Assembly (NCBI RefSeq): GCF_001194135.2
Contig: NC_068990.1
Coordinates: forward strand, 38,957,386-39,018,040
DNA length: 60,655 nt
Direction of reading: 5' to 3'
Source of the DNA: Octopus bimaculoides
Lineage: Eukaryota
The notes under the pieces are model-generated. The model was given only the letters and a program-made list of their open reading frames with translations. It did no database searches and was not told the DNA's origin. Positions 13,502 to 25,979 of this stretch are shown here, in pieces. The number at the start of each line of letters is the position of its first letter. Position 1 is the first letter of the stretch. The position numbers were made by a program, and so were the translations under genes.

Positions 13502-13558
<57 letters not shown>

Positions 13559-13591
13559 CGTATTGATGGGAAAGGTATAGCAGTGTTCGTC

Positions 13592-14010
13592 CTAGATAAG
13601 ATAGGTTGTGGACATGCTGTGTTTAAAGGGAATATATATATAACGGTGGAAGTTAGACATAATCCCAGTTGTGGTTGGTGAGAGCGCTAGATGCGCTTCA
13701 ATCAAGTTGAGTCTTCTCAGTGATATATCACGATGTGTATCCTCTAGTATAGGGGATAAAATATTCATTGGTACTGCAAATAGTGGAGCGGCTGAATATA
13801 ATCTAGTGTGCGTTATTGAAGCAGTATCAAATTTAGATAACAATCTATGTATCATGCTTAATGTAAATGCATCATTGATAGCTAAGTTACTGCAGTGTTC
13901 GTCTGACATAACATCTATTGTGGAACTCCTATGTTTATATACCAGGAGTAAGCAAAAACTGTTCCCGGCATATCCGATTTTTATTCGGACCGGCAGCCAT
14001 AAGTTTCCTA
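13592..14010 (-). pseudogene. Unassigned coding-like island (about 140 open codons); weak class A GPCR or LINE RT resemblance
   Basis: The open minus frame contains G-Y-A-G-N ... LAIND (30 aa apart, like GPCR TM1/TM2) and later FHRY. With one frameshift it reads GVPQ..MS..NLAIND, like a LINE RT. An overlapping plus ORF runs 13671-14021. Neither assignment is decisive. Confidence 0.25.
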
Positions 14011-15116
14011 AAAAATACTAACATGGACCGCTGTGTCTCTTGAACAGGGATCGTTATAACACGTTATAACCCGAAGATCACGCTTTTACTGGCCAAAAGC
14101 AAAGATAGTTCAAAATATCCGATGAGCAATCAAGACAACGAAGCGCTGAAAAACCAACGTTGCAACGACAAATGCTGATTATGTCACTCTTCTGTAGAGA
14201 ACAAAAGACAAGAAGTCAGCAGCTTCCTGAATATACTATCAAGGTACTGCATTTCATTATGACATGCTACAATGATATACAATGACATTCTCAGCAAAGA
14301 CGGCTAAAGATATATTTAAACATCATTGTGATTGAATGCTTGCATATCACAGGAACATTTCCATAAGAAAAAAAATCATTCCAAATGCAAGCATGACATA
14401 CCGTTCATAATTTTCAGGTGTGCAAAAATAATATAATGCATAGCTTTGGTGGGGAAGGATTAAGTGTCCTGAAGATGTAAACAACGCATCTAAAATCGGC
14501 AGGAAACAAAATATTTACGAGTAGATGGTTCGAAACTTGCTACACCTCTGACCTGATTTTGAATTCATGTTTATACTAATAATCATTGGTATACTTGATT
14601 AAGTTAGTAAATATTTAAGGGACTATCTGAAAGGTTATTTTTCAAGCAATGAATGAGACCCTTTAACATTCACTTTACAGATACACGCTCCAAGTGGAAC
14701 AATAAATATATGCAAGACTTTTCTAGATATCAACATGTAACATTTATCGATGGTGGTTATCTAAATTCCAGCCATGAATCTCTGACTTCTTGTCATTAAA
14801 CATCTCCTCGCATATGGGAATAATTCACATATACGTGTTATACGAACATGCATGTAATTATATATCAGTTCATAGTCTCTGTATATGTAGTACGCATCAG
14901 TTTGTATTGATATACGTGTGCGTATGCTTTGAGTATTGTGTATACGGTGAGTTCTTTTGAGTGTTTATATTATTCTTTGAAATACAAATGTTGTAAATCC
15001 ACTAATGGATAACATTTATTGTTGAAATATAATAAATTAAGACAACAGCTACTACTGCAATAAAAGCGCAAGGAAAAACAAGAATAATTACAGCAATTAA
15101 ATACAGAATATTATTT

Positions 15117-15131
15117 CATCATCACCATCAC

Positions 15132-15193
<62 letters not shown>

Positions 15194-15200
15194 ACATCAA

Positions 15201-15265
<65 letters not shown>

Positions 15266-15276
15266 ACATCATCATC
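15117..15276. repeat. (CAT)n microsatellite
   Basis: About 50 near-perfect units. Confidence 0.95.
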
Positions 15277-15741
15277 ATGTTCGTCAGCATTATTCACGTC
15301 ATCGACATCATCTCCGTTATTCTATTTTTTTTTTATTTTTCATCGTCATAATCATCGCCTCTTCGATATATTTTCTATACTATTACTTATTATTGATGTA
15401 TGTCTTTATTTAATGCAGTTATTATTAATATTATCATTATTTTTTTATTTCACTTCACTACATTTCATTTTATTTTTTGAAGAAGGGTGGGTTGGGCTAT
15501 TTTGGTTGTTGGTTTTGTTATTGTTTGCTTATTTTATATTTTTAAAATTTCCACTCAATTTACTCTGTATTGCTATCTTTTGTGCTATTTACCAATATAT
15601 AACGGTTATCACACAGGAGCTTTTCATAACCACTTTGTATTTGATATGCGATAAATATACATTCGTTTTTTTATTATTGCTTTTATTTTGATTATTTTGT
15701 TACTGATGTTTTTACAGTTGTTGTCATTCTTGTTGCTGTTG

Positions 15742-15746
<5 letters not shown>

Positions 15747-15822
<76 letters not shown>

Positions 15823-15951
15823 CTAATACTCCTGCTAATACTACTACAGTCATTATTAAAAGTAAGTGTGGGTGGTATTCTTGTTGTTGTGGATGTTGTT
15901 TTGTCGTGAGATATATTTGATAATGAATATTATTGTTCTGATTTCGATAAA

Positions 15952-16024
<73 letters not shown>

Positions 16025-16034
16025 NNNNNNNNNN

Positions 16035-16090
<56 letters not shown>
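15747..16090. repeat. (ATT)n tracts and (TAG)n tract around a 10-N gap
   Basis: Direct reading. Confidence 0.95.
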
Positions 16091-16939
16091 TTTTGATGGC
16101 GATCATCATCATCATCATTTCTTTATACTCTGATTTATTTAGTGATAGAATCATAGAATCAAGAAAACAGAACAAATCTTTTCATTTCCAATACACACAG
16201 CACAGATAAAACAAAACAAAGAAAACAAATATTTAGACATTCGTATATATATATATATATATATATAGACATACATAGACAGAGAGAGAGAGAGAGAGAG
16301 TGAGAGAGAGAGAGAGGAGAGAGAGAGAGAGGCATACACATATACATAACAAAATTAGAGTAAAACTGCAAAAACAAGTAAAATACAGTTTAAAAAATAC
16401 AAAGGAACAGTGAAGCCCCAAACCTCAAACACAATTTTATTTCTGCATATTTATTTATATATATTGAAATGTTTTATTGTTTTCAGTGCTGTTGTTTTTG
16501 TGATGGTGGCAATAGTTGCTGTTATTGTTGTTGATGTTACGTTGTTTTTCTTGCTTTTGTTGTTGTATTTATTTGTTTAGTTTTGTTTTGTTTTCAATAC
16601 TTTGTAAATTTTACTTAAAGCAAAGTATACTTTTGAGGGAGAAGTAGTTGCAGGAGAGAGAGGCCTGGAAAAGAGATAGAGATGTTACAGGAAAGAGGGA
16701 GTCAAAGAGAGTGCTATGTACAGAGGGAAAGAGAAGGAAAGTGATAGAGATGGAACGGTTGAGAGGAGTTTGTTCTGAAAATTGTAAGATTAAAATAGAT
16801 ATTTAAATAGCTAGATAGCTGGGTATTTAGATAGGCATATATAGAGAGTTAGATAGAAAAGTAGATAAGTAAATAGGTAGATAAATTGATAGCTGTTTAA
16901 AAAATAGATATTGAGATAGTTACATATATAGGCAGACAT

Positions 16940-16966
16940 ACAGATAGCTAGATAGCTAGATAGATG

Positions 16967-17033
<67 letters not shown>

Positions 17034-17081
17034 TGACAGATAGATAGATAGATAGATAGATATTGATAGATAGACAGACAA

Positions 17082-17123
<42 letters not shown>

Positions 17124-17395
17124 GTACAGATAGATAAGTAGATAGGTTTCTTCATTAGCCACACAGGGCTCAACACAGAGGGGACAAAATACAAATGTAG
17201 AGTTTTTCTTTTCGAGGGGGTCGAAAACAAAGCAGAAAAAAAAAACAAAAGTAGGGACAACGATGAAAAAAAAACATCGCAAAACGTTTGGGGTATTTAC
17301 AAAAAATACGAAATAATACAAAAAATTCCCAATAAATGGGGAGGTTATCCGTGGAAAGAAAAACCTACGAAAAGACCACGGTACAGATAGATAAG

Positions 17396-17441
<46 letters not shown>

Positions 17442-17470
17442 TACAGACAGACAGACAGACAGACAGATAG
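16940..17470. repeat. (GATA)n/(GACA)n tetranucleotide arrays
   Basis: Direct reading; two arrays at 16940-17140 and 17385-17470. Confidence 0.95.
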
Positions 17471-17479
17471 ATTGATAGA

Positions 17480-18200
17480 GGAAGAAATTATATGAGATTC
17501 AGAGAGAGTTACTGAAGGAAGTACGAGAATGAGCGAAAGAGGAGATAAAGGTTGTGACAGAATGAGGGGGGGGGGTTAGAGAGATAAAGTGTGAGAGAGA
17601 AAGAGAGAGCGGGACAGTGAGATATGCATAAGGAAGATGTAGTATATTCGCTGAGAGAGATGGGGAGACTGAGATCGTGGAGTAGCTAGTGAGGGGAAAG
17701 AGGTGAAAGAAGCAGAAGGAGAATAAGAGGAGAGGAAGTTAAAATCATATGAGAAACAAAAGGGGTTTTTGCACATAGAGGGAATACGACGAAAGGGAAT
17801 GGAATAACAATGAAGGTGGGTAATGAGAGAAAGAGATAGAGAGAGGAACCAAATACTGAGAGCTATAAAGGGAAATAGAAAGGGAGAGAGAGGGTAGGAA
17901 GAGAGAGAGAGAGAGAAATAGAAAGGAAAATGGAATGTAAGCAATGATAATGATGCAGCGAGAAGAGAGGAAAATAATGAGAGAGAATGGGAGGCTTAAA
18001 TGAAAGAGAAAAGCAACTGAAGATAATAAGCTTTAAAGTGTAAAAGAGAGATGGAGAGGACTGAGAAGGAAAATGAGATGATTGATATGAAAGTGAGAAA
18101 GAGATTATGGGGTGAAGACAGAGAGCAGTGAAGAAGAGAATCTGAGAGGGAGAGAGGGGTTGAAAGTAAAGAGAATGAATAGTTGTTGATGTTGTTTAAC
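17480..18200 (+). repeat. Long purine-rich (GA/GAA/GGA) low-complexity tract
   Basis: Strong A+G bias over about 700 bp; similar tracts at 16620-16800, 40600-41170 and 53330-53610. Confidence 0.85.
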
Positions 18201-19108
18201 AATAAAGACGAAAATTGGAAAATTTATGTGAAATCTTGATAAGATCAATAATTTCAAATGAAATGATCTTGCACATTTAATTCTCTTCCCTGCTGTATAC
18301 ATGTACATATACATACATACATACATAAGTATACATATATGCATGTATATACATATATGTATATATATANNNNNNNNNNNNNNNNNNNNNNNNNNNNNNN
18401 NNNNNNNNNNNNNNNNNNNNNNNNNNNNNNNNNNNNNNNNNNNNNNNNNNNNNNNNNNNNNNNNNNNNNNNNNNNNNNNNNNNNNNNNNNNNNNNNNNNN
18501 NNNNNNNNNNNNNNNNNNNNNNNNNNNNNNNNNNNNNNNNNNATGTATGTATGTATATGTGTGTGTAGATGTATATCGATCTATCTAGCTATCTCTGTAT
18601 CTCACTTCTACCTCTCTCTCTCCCACTCTCTCTTTCTTTCTTTCTCTCTCTCTCTCTCTCACTCTCTCTTTCACTTTCTATTTTGATTTTCATCAGTTAT
18701 TTCAGCTAAATAAATAAATTAGTTTTTTTTAAATATATTTTTATCATTATATTTCACTTCATGACATTTTAAATTGCTTTCCTAACCCTTCCTTTAAATC
18801 TATTAAGCGTAACGTCAAAAACAACAATAAATAAAAAGAAGAACACCACCAACAACAACATACTTATAACGCTACCTCTGCCACCAATTCCGCTCTTACT
18901 ACAAAAGATAATATTTCTGCAATGATAAAAAGAATAATCATGACGATGAGGAACATGATGATGACAATGATTAGAACGACGACTAAAATAACGACGGTGA
19001 TGATGATTATCATGTTATTATTAAGCTGGTTGTGAGCATGATGTTCATAATGACAATGGCAGCAATGCTTATGCCGAAACGGCTGTAGTTCTGCGTGAGG
19101 CGAAAAGC

Positions 19109-19288
19109 ATGACCGGATGCCTAGTATGTGGAATGTCGTCACGTGACACACTTCTTTACAATTTTGGCAATGCGACCTGTGACAAGCTCAGGTTATCTTT
19201 CTTTAGATCACTGTCAGCAGAGACATGTAACGAGTTCCTCAAGATAATTTGGGCGACGACAAAAGACGAGTGGATGGCAAAATTTTAA
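19109..19288 (+). pseudogene. Nuclear-receptor DNA-binding-domain-like remnant (first C4 zinc finger, degenerate)
   Basis: The 59-aa ORF MTGCLVCGMSSRDTLLYNFGNATCDKLRLSFFRS... resembles the NR1I/J-type CxVCGD...YNFxAxTCxxCKAFFRR, but the fourth Cys is missing and the spacer is 3 aa too long. Confidence 0.25.
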
Positions 19289-20169
19289 ATCAAGGCCTTC
19301 TAATGCTAACGGAATTGTGTGTGCAATTGGAGTTCACCACCGATTCTTGACCAAATATACAGGGATCGAAGCAGTATGAGCGGGGTCTGTGCAAGATGTA
19401 CAAAGAACAACGCATACGTTCCGAGTTCGAAAGTTGCAGATATGTGAAATTTCGTTGAAATTCTTTTGTTGAGTGTAAGACGAATTCGATTTTCGGACGA
19501 GACTTTACTGATGATCATCTTAGTATTTTCCTTTAACCGGAAAAGCAGGTAGTTTCCTCTCTCCAATAACTATGACAAAAATGGTTCTTTGGTGAACCAA
19601 AACTCAAAGCGCTGAGGACAAATATTTCTCTCTTCAACTAAACTTTCATTGATTGTTTCAAGTTTTATTTAAAGATGCCTGGGTGAAAGGTTATACTCTT
19701 AGTATATGAGTGACGATGAGAGAACAAAGCTGGGATGTGTATTTAACCTGGGAAATAAGAATAATCTTGGTAGTCTAATGTTTCTTTATTGTCCCTACTA
19801 GAATTTTTCACTTTGAACGTTATCGTGACTTGTATAATAATCTTGGCATTTGTAATTGTTGTTTTTGTCGTTATTATTATTGTTGTTTGAATTTGCTTTG
19901 TGAATGCAGAAGTTGAGTCTAAGCGTTACCCAGAGAACTCAAGCGACAGCAAGTTTTAAGTTAACGTTAGCATTATAACTAGGATGTTTAACTGCCTTAT
20001 TTTGGCGGAAGAATATGGTTGGGTGAGAGGGATTTGTTCAAATTGTATGCCATAGGTCAGTAAGAAGTATCGTTTTAGAAAATGTGCTTTCAAGAATATA
20101 TGTATTAATATTCTTTTGGAGTTATATGCATAGTTTATTATTAATCCATGTACACACAACATACTATAC

Positions 20170-20590
20170 TGTTGGAAAAGAAAAATTCCTGACAAGTACT
20201 CTCCTAATCATTCTACCTGTCCTTAATAGCACTGTTTTGTGGAGCTGTACCAGACTAGGTTTTATGCCTATTTCCTCAATTCATTCGTTCAATTTTTTAC
20301 GGATAGTTCTTAATGCACCTATAACTACAAGGATGCATTTTAGCCACACTTTCCATAACCTCTGAAACTCATTGGCTAAGTTCTGAAACTATCTGGCACT
20401 TTCTATTCTCTTTAGCTACTACTACTAAAACTGGCCTTCTGTCTTCTATTACTCAGTCAGTCTGAACATCTTGTATTTCTTACTTTCTAGTCCGTCAATA
20501 GGTTCATGTTCGTACCATTTAACAGTATTTTCAAACCCTAGCCTTCTACAAAACTCCCAGTTATGTAGAAAGCTTGAATTTGATCACATT
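20170..20590 (-). mobile_element. R4/Dong LINE subfamily X, 3' RLE endonuclease end
   Basis: HNWEFCRRLGF..KWYEHEP...QTD*VIEDRRP.LVVV.KENRKCQI...VVIGAL...IEEIGI...LHKTVLLRTGRMIRRVL. Confidence 0.85.
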
Positions 20591-21290
20591 ATCATTATTA
20601 TTATTATTAATATTATTATTATTACTATTATTATTATTATTAGATGTTTGACATTTGCGTTGTATTCGTACAAGTTGACATCAAGTCTCAGCCAGAAACC
20701 GCAAGAGATAAGGAAGAAGTTCAAGCTGCTGTTATGAATAGGGTGCCATATATTTGGTTTTGCACAATGTATTGATCTAAAGATTGTTTAAGAAAACATA
20801 AGAAAATTATAAATTTGTTTTAAAATTTGTGATTACATAAACAGTATTTTATGTAGAGTATGGGCAGTTCCCATGAGCACAAGTTTTTGAATATCTGCCA
20901 ATTTTGGATTTCCTGGTTTCTGTGTTAGGTCGCAATCAGCCCATTTCACTATAATTCCTAGGGCACCTATGACAACAGGTATTGTTTCAGTCTTGAGGTT
21001 CCACATTTTGCCAGTTTCCATTTCAAGATCTTTATACTTGCTCAATTTTTGGTAGGTCTCGACAGATACATTTATGTCGATTGGGATAGTCATATCGATG
21101 AGGAAGCATGATTTTTGTCTGAAGACTTCAGTATAATGTCAAGCCTATTTGCATCTATCTTTCTGTAAATTTCAACGGTGAAGTTCCAGAGGAATGAGAT
21201 GTGGTCATTTTCAAGCACTGGGAGTGGTTTCTGTTCCCACCAGGTTTTTGCTATCTACTGACACGCCATCTTAATTCTGATGGTCTCGTG
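20590..21290 (-). mobile_element. R4/Dong LINE subfamily Y, 5'-truncated 3' end with 3' UTR and (AAT)n tail
   Basis: WWEQKPLPVLENDHISFLWNF..RKIDANRLDIIL, then ORF 20833-21093 KLSKYKDLEMETGKMWNLKTETIPVVIGALG...LMGTAHTL (RLE domain). (TAA)n run at 20590-20642. Confidence 0.9.
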
Positions 21291-21377
21291 TCTAAAGTAA
21301 TACGGTAGATGGTATAGGCTTATAACCTCCTCTTTAAACTACTGGTCTTGTTCCTAAATTTGAAATAATACTAATAA

Positions 21378-21523
21378 TAATTTCAAATTTTGGTACAAGG
21401 CCAGCAATTTTAGTGGCTGGTGTAAGTGGATTATATCAACCTCAGCGTTCAACGGGTACTTCTTTTATCAACCCAGAAATGATGAAATGGCAAATCGACC
21501 TCGCAGGAATTTGAACTCAGGCC
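21378..21523 (-). mobile_element. SINE family A fragment (tail type i)
   Basis: TTTCAAATTTTGGTACAAGGCCAGCAATTT ... GGAATTTGAACTCAG. Confidence 0.8.
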
Positions 21524-21819
21524 GAAACAATACAAATATAAAGATACCATTTTTTTTATTAAACTTATTTTGATACGTGCTTTCACCTTAAAGGTAATTG
21601 CAGAGTATGCACACCAAATTATTTTCGTTTTGCATATGTGTATTTCTTTGTAATGCAGCTATCTCTATACTGTGTAAGTTTTGTAAACCGTGTTTTCTAA
21701 GGTTATACATTTGCTTTTTTTAACATGCGGGTTATCTCTATTTCAAGATTTAGATAGCTGCAGTATTTTAGTTCTGGTATATATTTGACGTTAGATGTTG
21801 CCTTATCACTGAAGATATA

Positions 21820-22260
21820 CAGCCTTGGCCAAAAGTATTAGGCCAGCCCAATGTTTTGGGGTTCTGCTGTCTCAATGTAAAAGAAACTCGTGCACATAGT
21901 AGATTATGGGATATTTCACAATGTTCATTAGTTTTAATATCTGGCTGACCATCCTTTAGCATCAGTTACCGCTTTTATACAGTTAGCCATTGAATCAACT
22001 AGTTTCTTGCAGGTTCTAGGTGCAATTTTACTCCATTCCTCTCTTAACGTTTGGTACAAATGCTCTTTATTTTCAATTGCTGTGTTCTGAGCAATTTGCC
22101 TTTGAGACATTCCATATTTTCTTATATCTACTTTTTATTTGTGTTTGATGTCCCGGGATTTGATACGCAGTATTTTGTGGTTGTTCTAGGATAGATTTGG
22201 GTTTCTTATAAACTTTATTTTGCCTTTTGTTGTGTCTTGGGACAGTTATTACCCCAATAT
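21820..22260 (-). mobile_element. Tc1/mariner DNA transposon, internally deleted derivative
   Basis: TA|CAGCCTTGGCCAAAAGTATT terminal repeat. Minus strand NKEHLYQTLREEWSKIAPRTCKKLVDSMANCIKAVTDAKGWSARY* is a Tc1 transposase C-terminus, directly preceded by GMSQRQIA (N-terminal HTH). Confidence 0.85.
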
Positions 22261-22559
22261 CAATAACTCACGCACCGTTTCAATTCCAGTGCTTTATAAT
22301 AAATCAATTGTTTAAATATCTATCCAACTAAGTAATCGATTGCTTGTTTAACTTGTTAGTTAAACAGTTAATCGCTTTCTCTTTTTATTTAAAACTAGAA
22401 AAAATAAAACTTTTGACTATATATCCAACAAGTTAAACAAACTTTTCGATTGCCTAGTTGGGTAGACATTAACGAATTCATTAATAATAAGGAAGTGGAA
22501 ATGAACTCGTGCACGTGTTGTTAATATTGGCGAATTCACATAAAGAATCTTTCAAGTCA

Positions 22560-23010
22560 AATACAAAACCAAAGCTTATTTTGCATGTTTAGTTCCTACT
22601 TCACGGTTTCATTAACTGATATTTTCCAATTATACTTGTGCTATGCTCGATACATGCCTTTTCTTTCGGTTCTCGTTCCATGCTTCCATGTGTCAGCCAC
22701 AACAGCATCCTTTACTCAGAGCATACTCAGCTTTGTGCAGAAATTGGCCATGTCTTTTTTTCTCTTTCCAGTTAATTGATCTGCCATTTCTTACCTTCCC
22801 TTCTTGAATTCTCTTGCTGATTCAGCAACATTATAGATATTTCTATCCGCAGATAGTATTCATTCCTCACATGTTCATCAAAGCCCATATCGCAGCACCG
22901 ATGGTACCTTCAGCGTTTAACAGGCCTAGTAGTTATAGGCTCTCGATGGTGTTGCTCATTCTTCATTGTGAGCAGTTTCTTAGATCTTACAAATTCACCT
23001 GGCACTGTCT
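22560..23010 (-). mobile_element. R4/Dong LINE fragment (post-RT region), probably the upstream part of subfamily X copy
   Basis: KKLLTM, WKEKKRHGQF and WLTHG motifs match the R4 K(L)LTM...WKEK.MHGQF...W.WL..G pattern. Confidence 0.6.
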
Positions 23011-23044
23011 TGGTCCATTTTACACAAGGACCAGAGTAACCTAA

Positions 23045-23201
23045 TGTTGTGGTTGGTGTTTTTCTACTGTTCTTTATGCAGAGCCGCTAAGTTAAAAGAC
23101 CTTAATAAACCAACACCACATGTTAAACGGCGGTGGAAGACAAACACAACACAATGACACCTAGAAATATATACACGTACATTTATACATACATATCTAT
23201 C

Positions 23202-23265
<64 letters not shown>

Positions 23266-23273
23266 AATCTATG

Positions 23274-23315
<42 letters not shown>

Positions 23316-23670
23316 CGAACTTCTTTCAGCTTCTTATTTCTTTATTGCCCACAAGGGGCTAAACATAGAGGGGACAAACAAGGACAAACAAGAACAAACA
23401 AAGGTCTTAAGTCGGTTACATCGACCCCAGTGCGTAACTGGTATTTAATTTATCGACCCCGAAAGGATGAAAGGCAAAGTCGACCTCGGCAGAATTTGAA
23501 CTCAGAACGTAACGGCGGACGATATACCGCTAAGCATTTCTCTCGGCGTGCTAACGATTCTGCCAGCTCGCCGCCTTAAGTTTCTGTCAATAAAGTCCAC
23601 TCGCAAGGTCTTGGTTGTCCTACGAGCACAAGATCGGGAAGCAAGCTTCTGAACCATCTAGCCACGTCTG
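23045..23670 (-). mobile_element. Old SINE family B copy with internal (TATC)n expansion, interrupted by a SINE A
   Basis: B middle part at 23045-23150, (TATC)n at 23193-23315. The B segment CTTCTTTCAG.TTC breaks near 23331 and resumes as AGTTTCTGTC...TCCACTCGCAAGG at 23580. Confidence 0.6.
23331..23578 (-). mobile_element. SINE family A, full length (tail type iii)
   Basis: Low-divergence reverse complement, from head GGCGGCGAGCTGGCAGAATCGTTAGCAC to tail CCCCTTGTGGGCAATAAAGAAATAAG. Confidence 0.92.
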
Positions 23671-24028
23671 TACCCATAGTTTATGGTTAATGATAAGGAA
23701 ATTATGGCAATGGTATAGATGTAGAAATAATTGTGAATGTTGTTAGCATCAACGTATTAGTCGATGACACTGCTGATGTAGATGGATGTTGTGAGTGTCA
23801 TACGGAAATGGTGAACATGTTGATAATGGTGATGAAGACGATGTTAGAAAGAAGGAACAATATTTTGAAATGCAACTCGGAAGATAGTAGACAACTGAGA
23901 AAAAAGATCATGAGAATGTACATACACTACGGTGTGAGTGGCGATGGTTGTACAGATGGTTAAGTGTATGCTGACCGGTTGGTGGATGTGTTGACGATGA
24001 TAATGTCGATAATGAAAATCACGGCGAT

Positions 24029-24376
24029 GTGAATAATGATAATGATGATGATCATCATTATCATGAGGAGGAGGAGGAGGAGGAGGGGGAGGTGAAGAGT
24101 AGAATGATGATGATGGTGGTGATGGTGGTGATGGTAGTGGTGGTGGTGGTGGTTGTGTTTGTGGTAGTGGTGGTAGTGACGACGATGATGACGGTGACTA
24201 AGGTGATGAAGATGATGTCGATGTCAGCGATGAAGAGAAGGATGAGAATCACTTTGATAAAATGTATGTTGATCATGAATGCGAGAATGATGACAGCAGC
24301 GACGAAGAACGACTGCCTCGTTGACGACTATGATGATGATGATGGTGGCGATGCCAGTAAATATGATGATGATGGC

Positions 24377-24458
<82 letters not shown>

Positions 24459-24970
24459 GTGATGCCAATAAATGTGATGATGGTGATGCCAATAAATGTG
24501 ATGATGTTCATGTCGTTGCTGCTGATTTACTAATAATGATCATGATGTTACATATGATATTTTTTTCTTTTAAATGAAAATAACGATTGCTATATAACGA
24601 TGACGATGACAACGATACTGATTTTAATTATGATGATCAGGATGAGAATGACGATGATGACGACTTGGACGATTACGAAGTTAATGATCAACAACAGCAG
24701 AACCACCATCAACATCGTCGTCATTATCATTAACGCTATCATTGACGCGATCATGAAGATTATGCTGATGGAGATCATGATAATCCTGGTGGTTTTGTTG
24801 TTGAAGACGATTATGATAGTGATAATGATGATATCTATAGCTATAAGAATGATGATATTGCGGTTATTGCTGCTGCCGCTGCTGACGATAATGCTAATTA
24901 TGGTGTTTATAATGATAATGATGATAATTCTGTGATGGCGATGATGAAAAACAATGATGTAATTATCTGC

Positions 24971-25001
<31 letters not shown>

Positions 25002-25045
25002 CGATGATGATGATGATGATGATGATGATGGTGATGATGAGTATG

Positions 25046-25141
<96 letters not shown>

Positions 25142-25200
25142 GTTGTGTTGGAATGATAATGATCGTGATAATGATGGTTAGTCCTGATGATAATGCTGCT
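24029..25200. repeat. Degenerate (GAT/GAC/GGT/GAG)n trinucleotide array
   Basis: Direct reading; source of the poly-D/M/V ORFs. Confidence 0.9.
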
Positions 25201-25463
25201 GACGATGGCTACTAACCAATAAAGCAACAATAATGAGATTTTATGGAAATATACGCATAAATGTAAATTTTTAAAACGGACAGAATTATCCCTTCAAACA
25301 GCTTCATTTGATTTGATTAAATTATTTTTTCTACTTAAATGCTTTTATTCTCCCCCAGATTTTTCTCTTTCCACCCATCAATTTATTCCATTATATGTGT
25401 GCGCACGTGCGTGTGTGTATGTGTGTTTAAGTCTGTATGCATAAACATGTATGTATGTCTATG

Positions 25464-25502
<39 letters not shown>

Positions 25503-25892
25503 NNNNNNNNNNNNNNNNNNNNNNNNNNNNNNNNNNNNNNNNNNNNNNNNNNNNNNNNNNNNNNNNNNNNNNNNNNNNNNNNNNNNNNNNNNNNNNNNNN
25601 NNNNNNNNNNNNNNNNNNNNNNNNNNNNNNNNNNNNNNNNNNNNNNNNNNNNNNNNNNNNNNNNNNNNNNNNNNNNNNNNNNNNNNNNNNNNNNNNNNNN
25701 NNNNNNNNNNNNNNNNNNNNNNNNNNNNNNNNNNNNNNNNNNNNNNNNNNNNNNNNNNNNNNNNNNNNNNNNNNNNNNNNNNNNNNNNNNNNNNNNNNNN
25801 NNNNNNNNNNNNNNNNNNNNNNNNNNNNNNNNNNNNNNNNNNNNNNNNNNNNNNNNNNNNNNNNNNNNNNNNNNNNNNNNNNNNNNNNNNNN

Positions 25893-25979
<87 letters not shown>

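Noticed and set aside
13561-13900. Kelch- or SRCR-like words (GCGHAV, SIGDKIFIG) on the plus strand
   Set aside because: Spacing is wrong, the diagnostic GG/W or Cys pattern is absent, and one frame is full of stops.
19306-19566. Minus ORF with a hydrophobic stretch resembling GPCR TM6
   Set aside because: No CWxP or NPxxY equivalent, and its order relative to the 13.6-14.0 kb TM1-3-like segment is wrong for one gene.
24029-25230. Poly-D/E/M/V ORFs resembling acidic or biomineral proteins
   Set aside because: All frames on both strands give homopolymers from (GAT)n-type repeats; no splice or start context and no unique domain.
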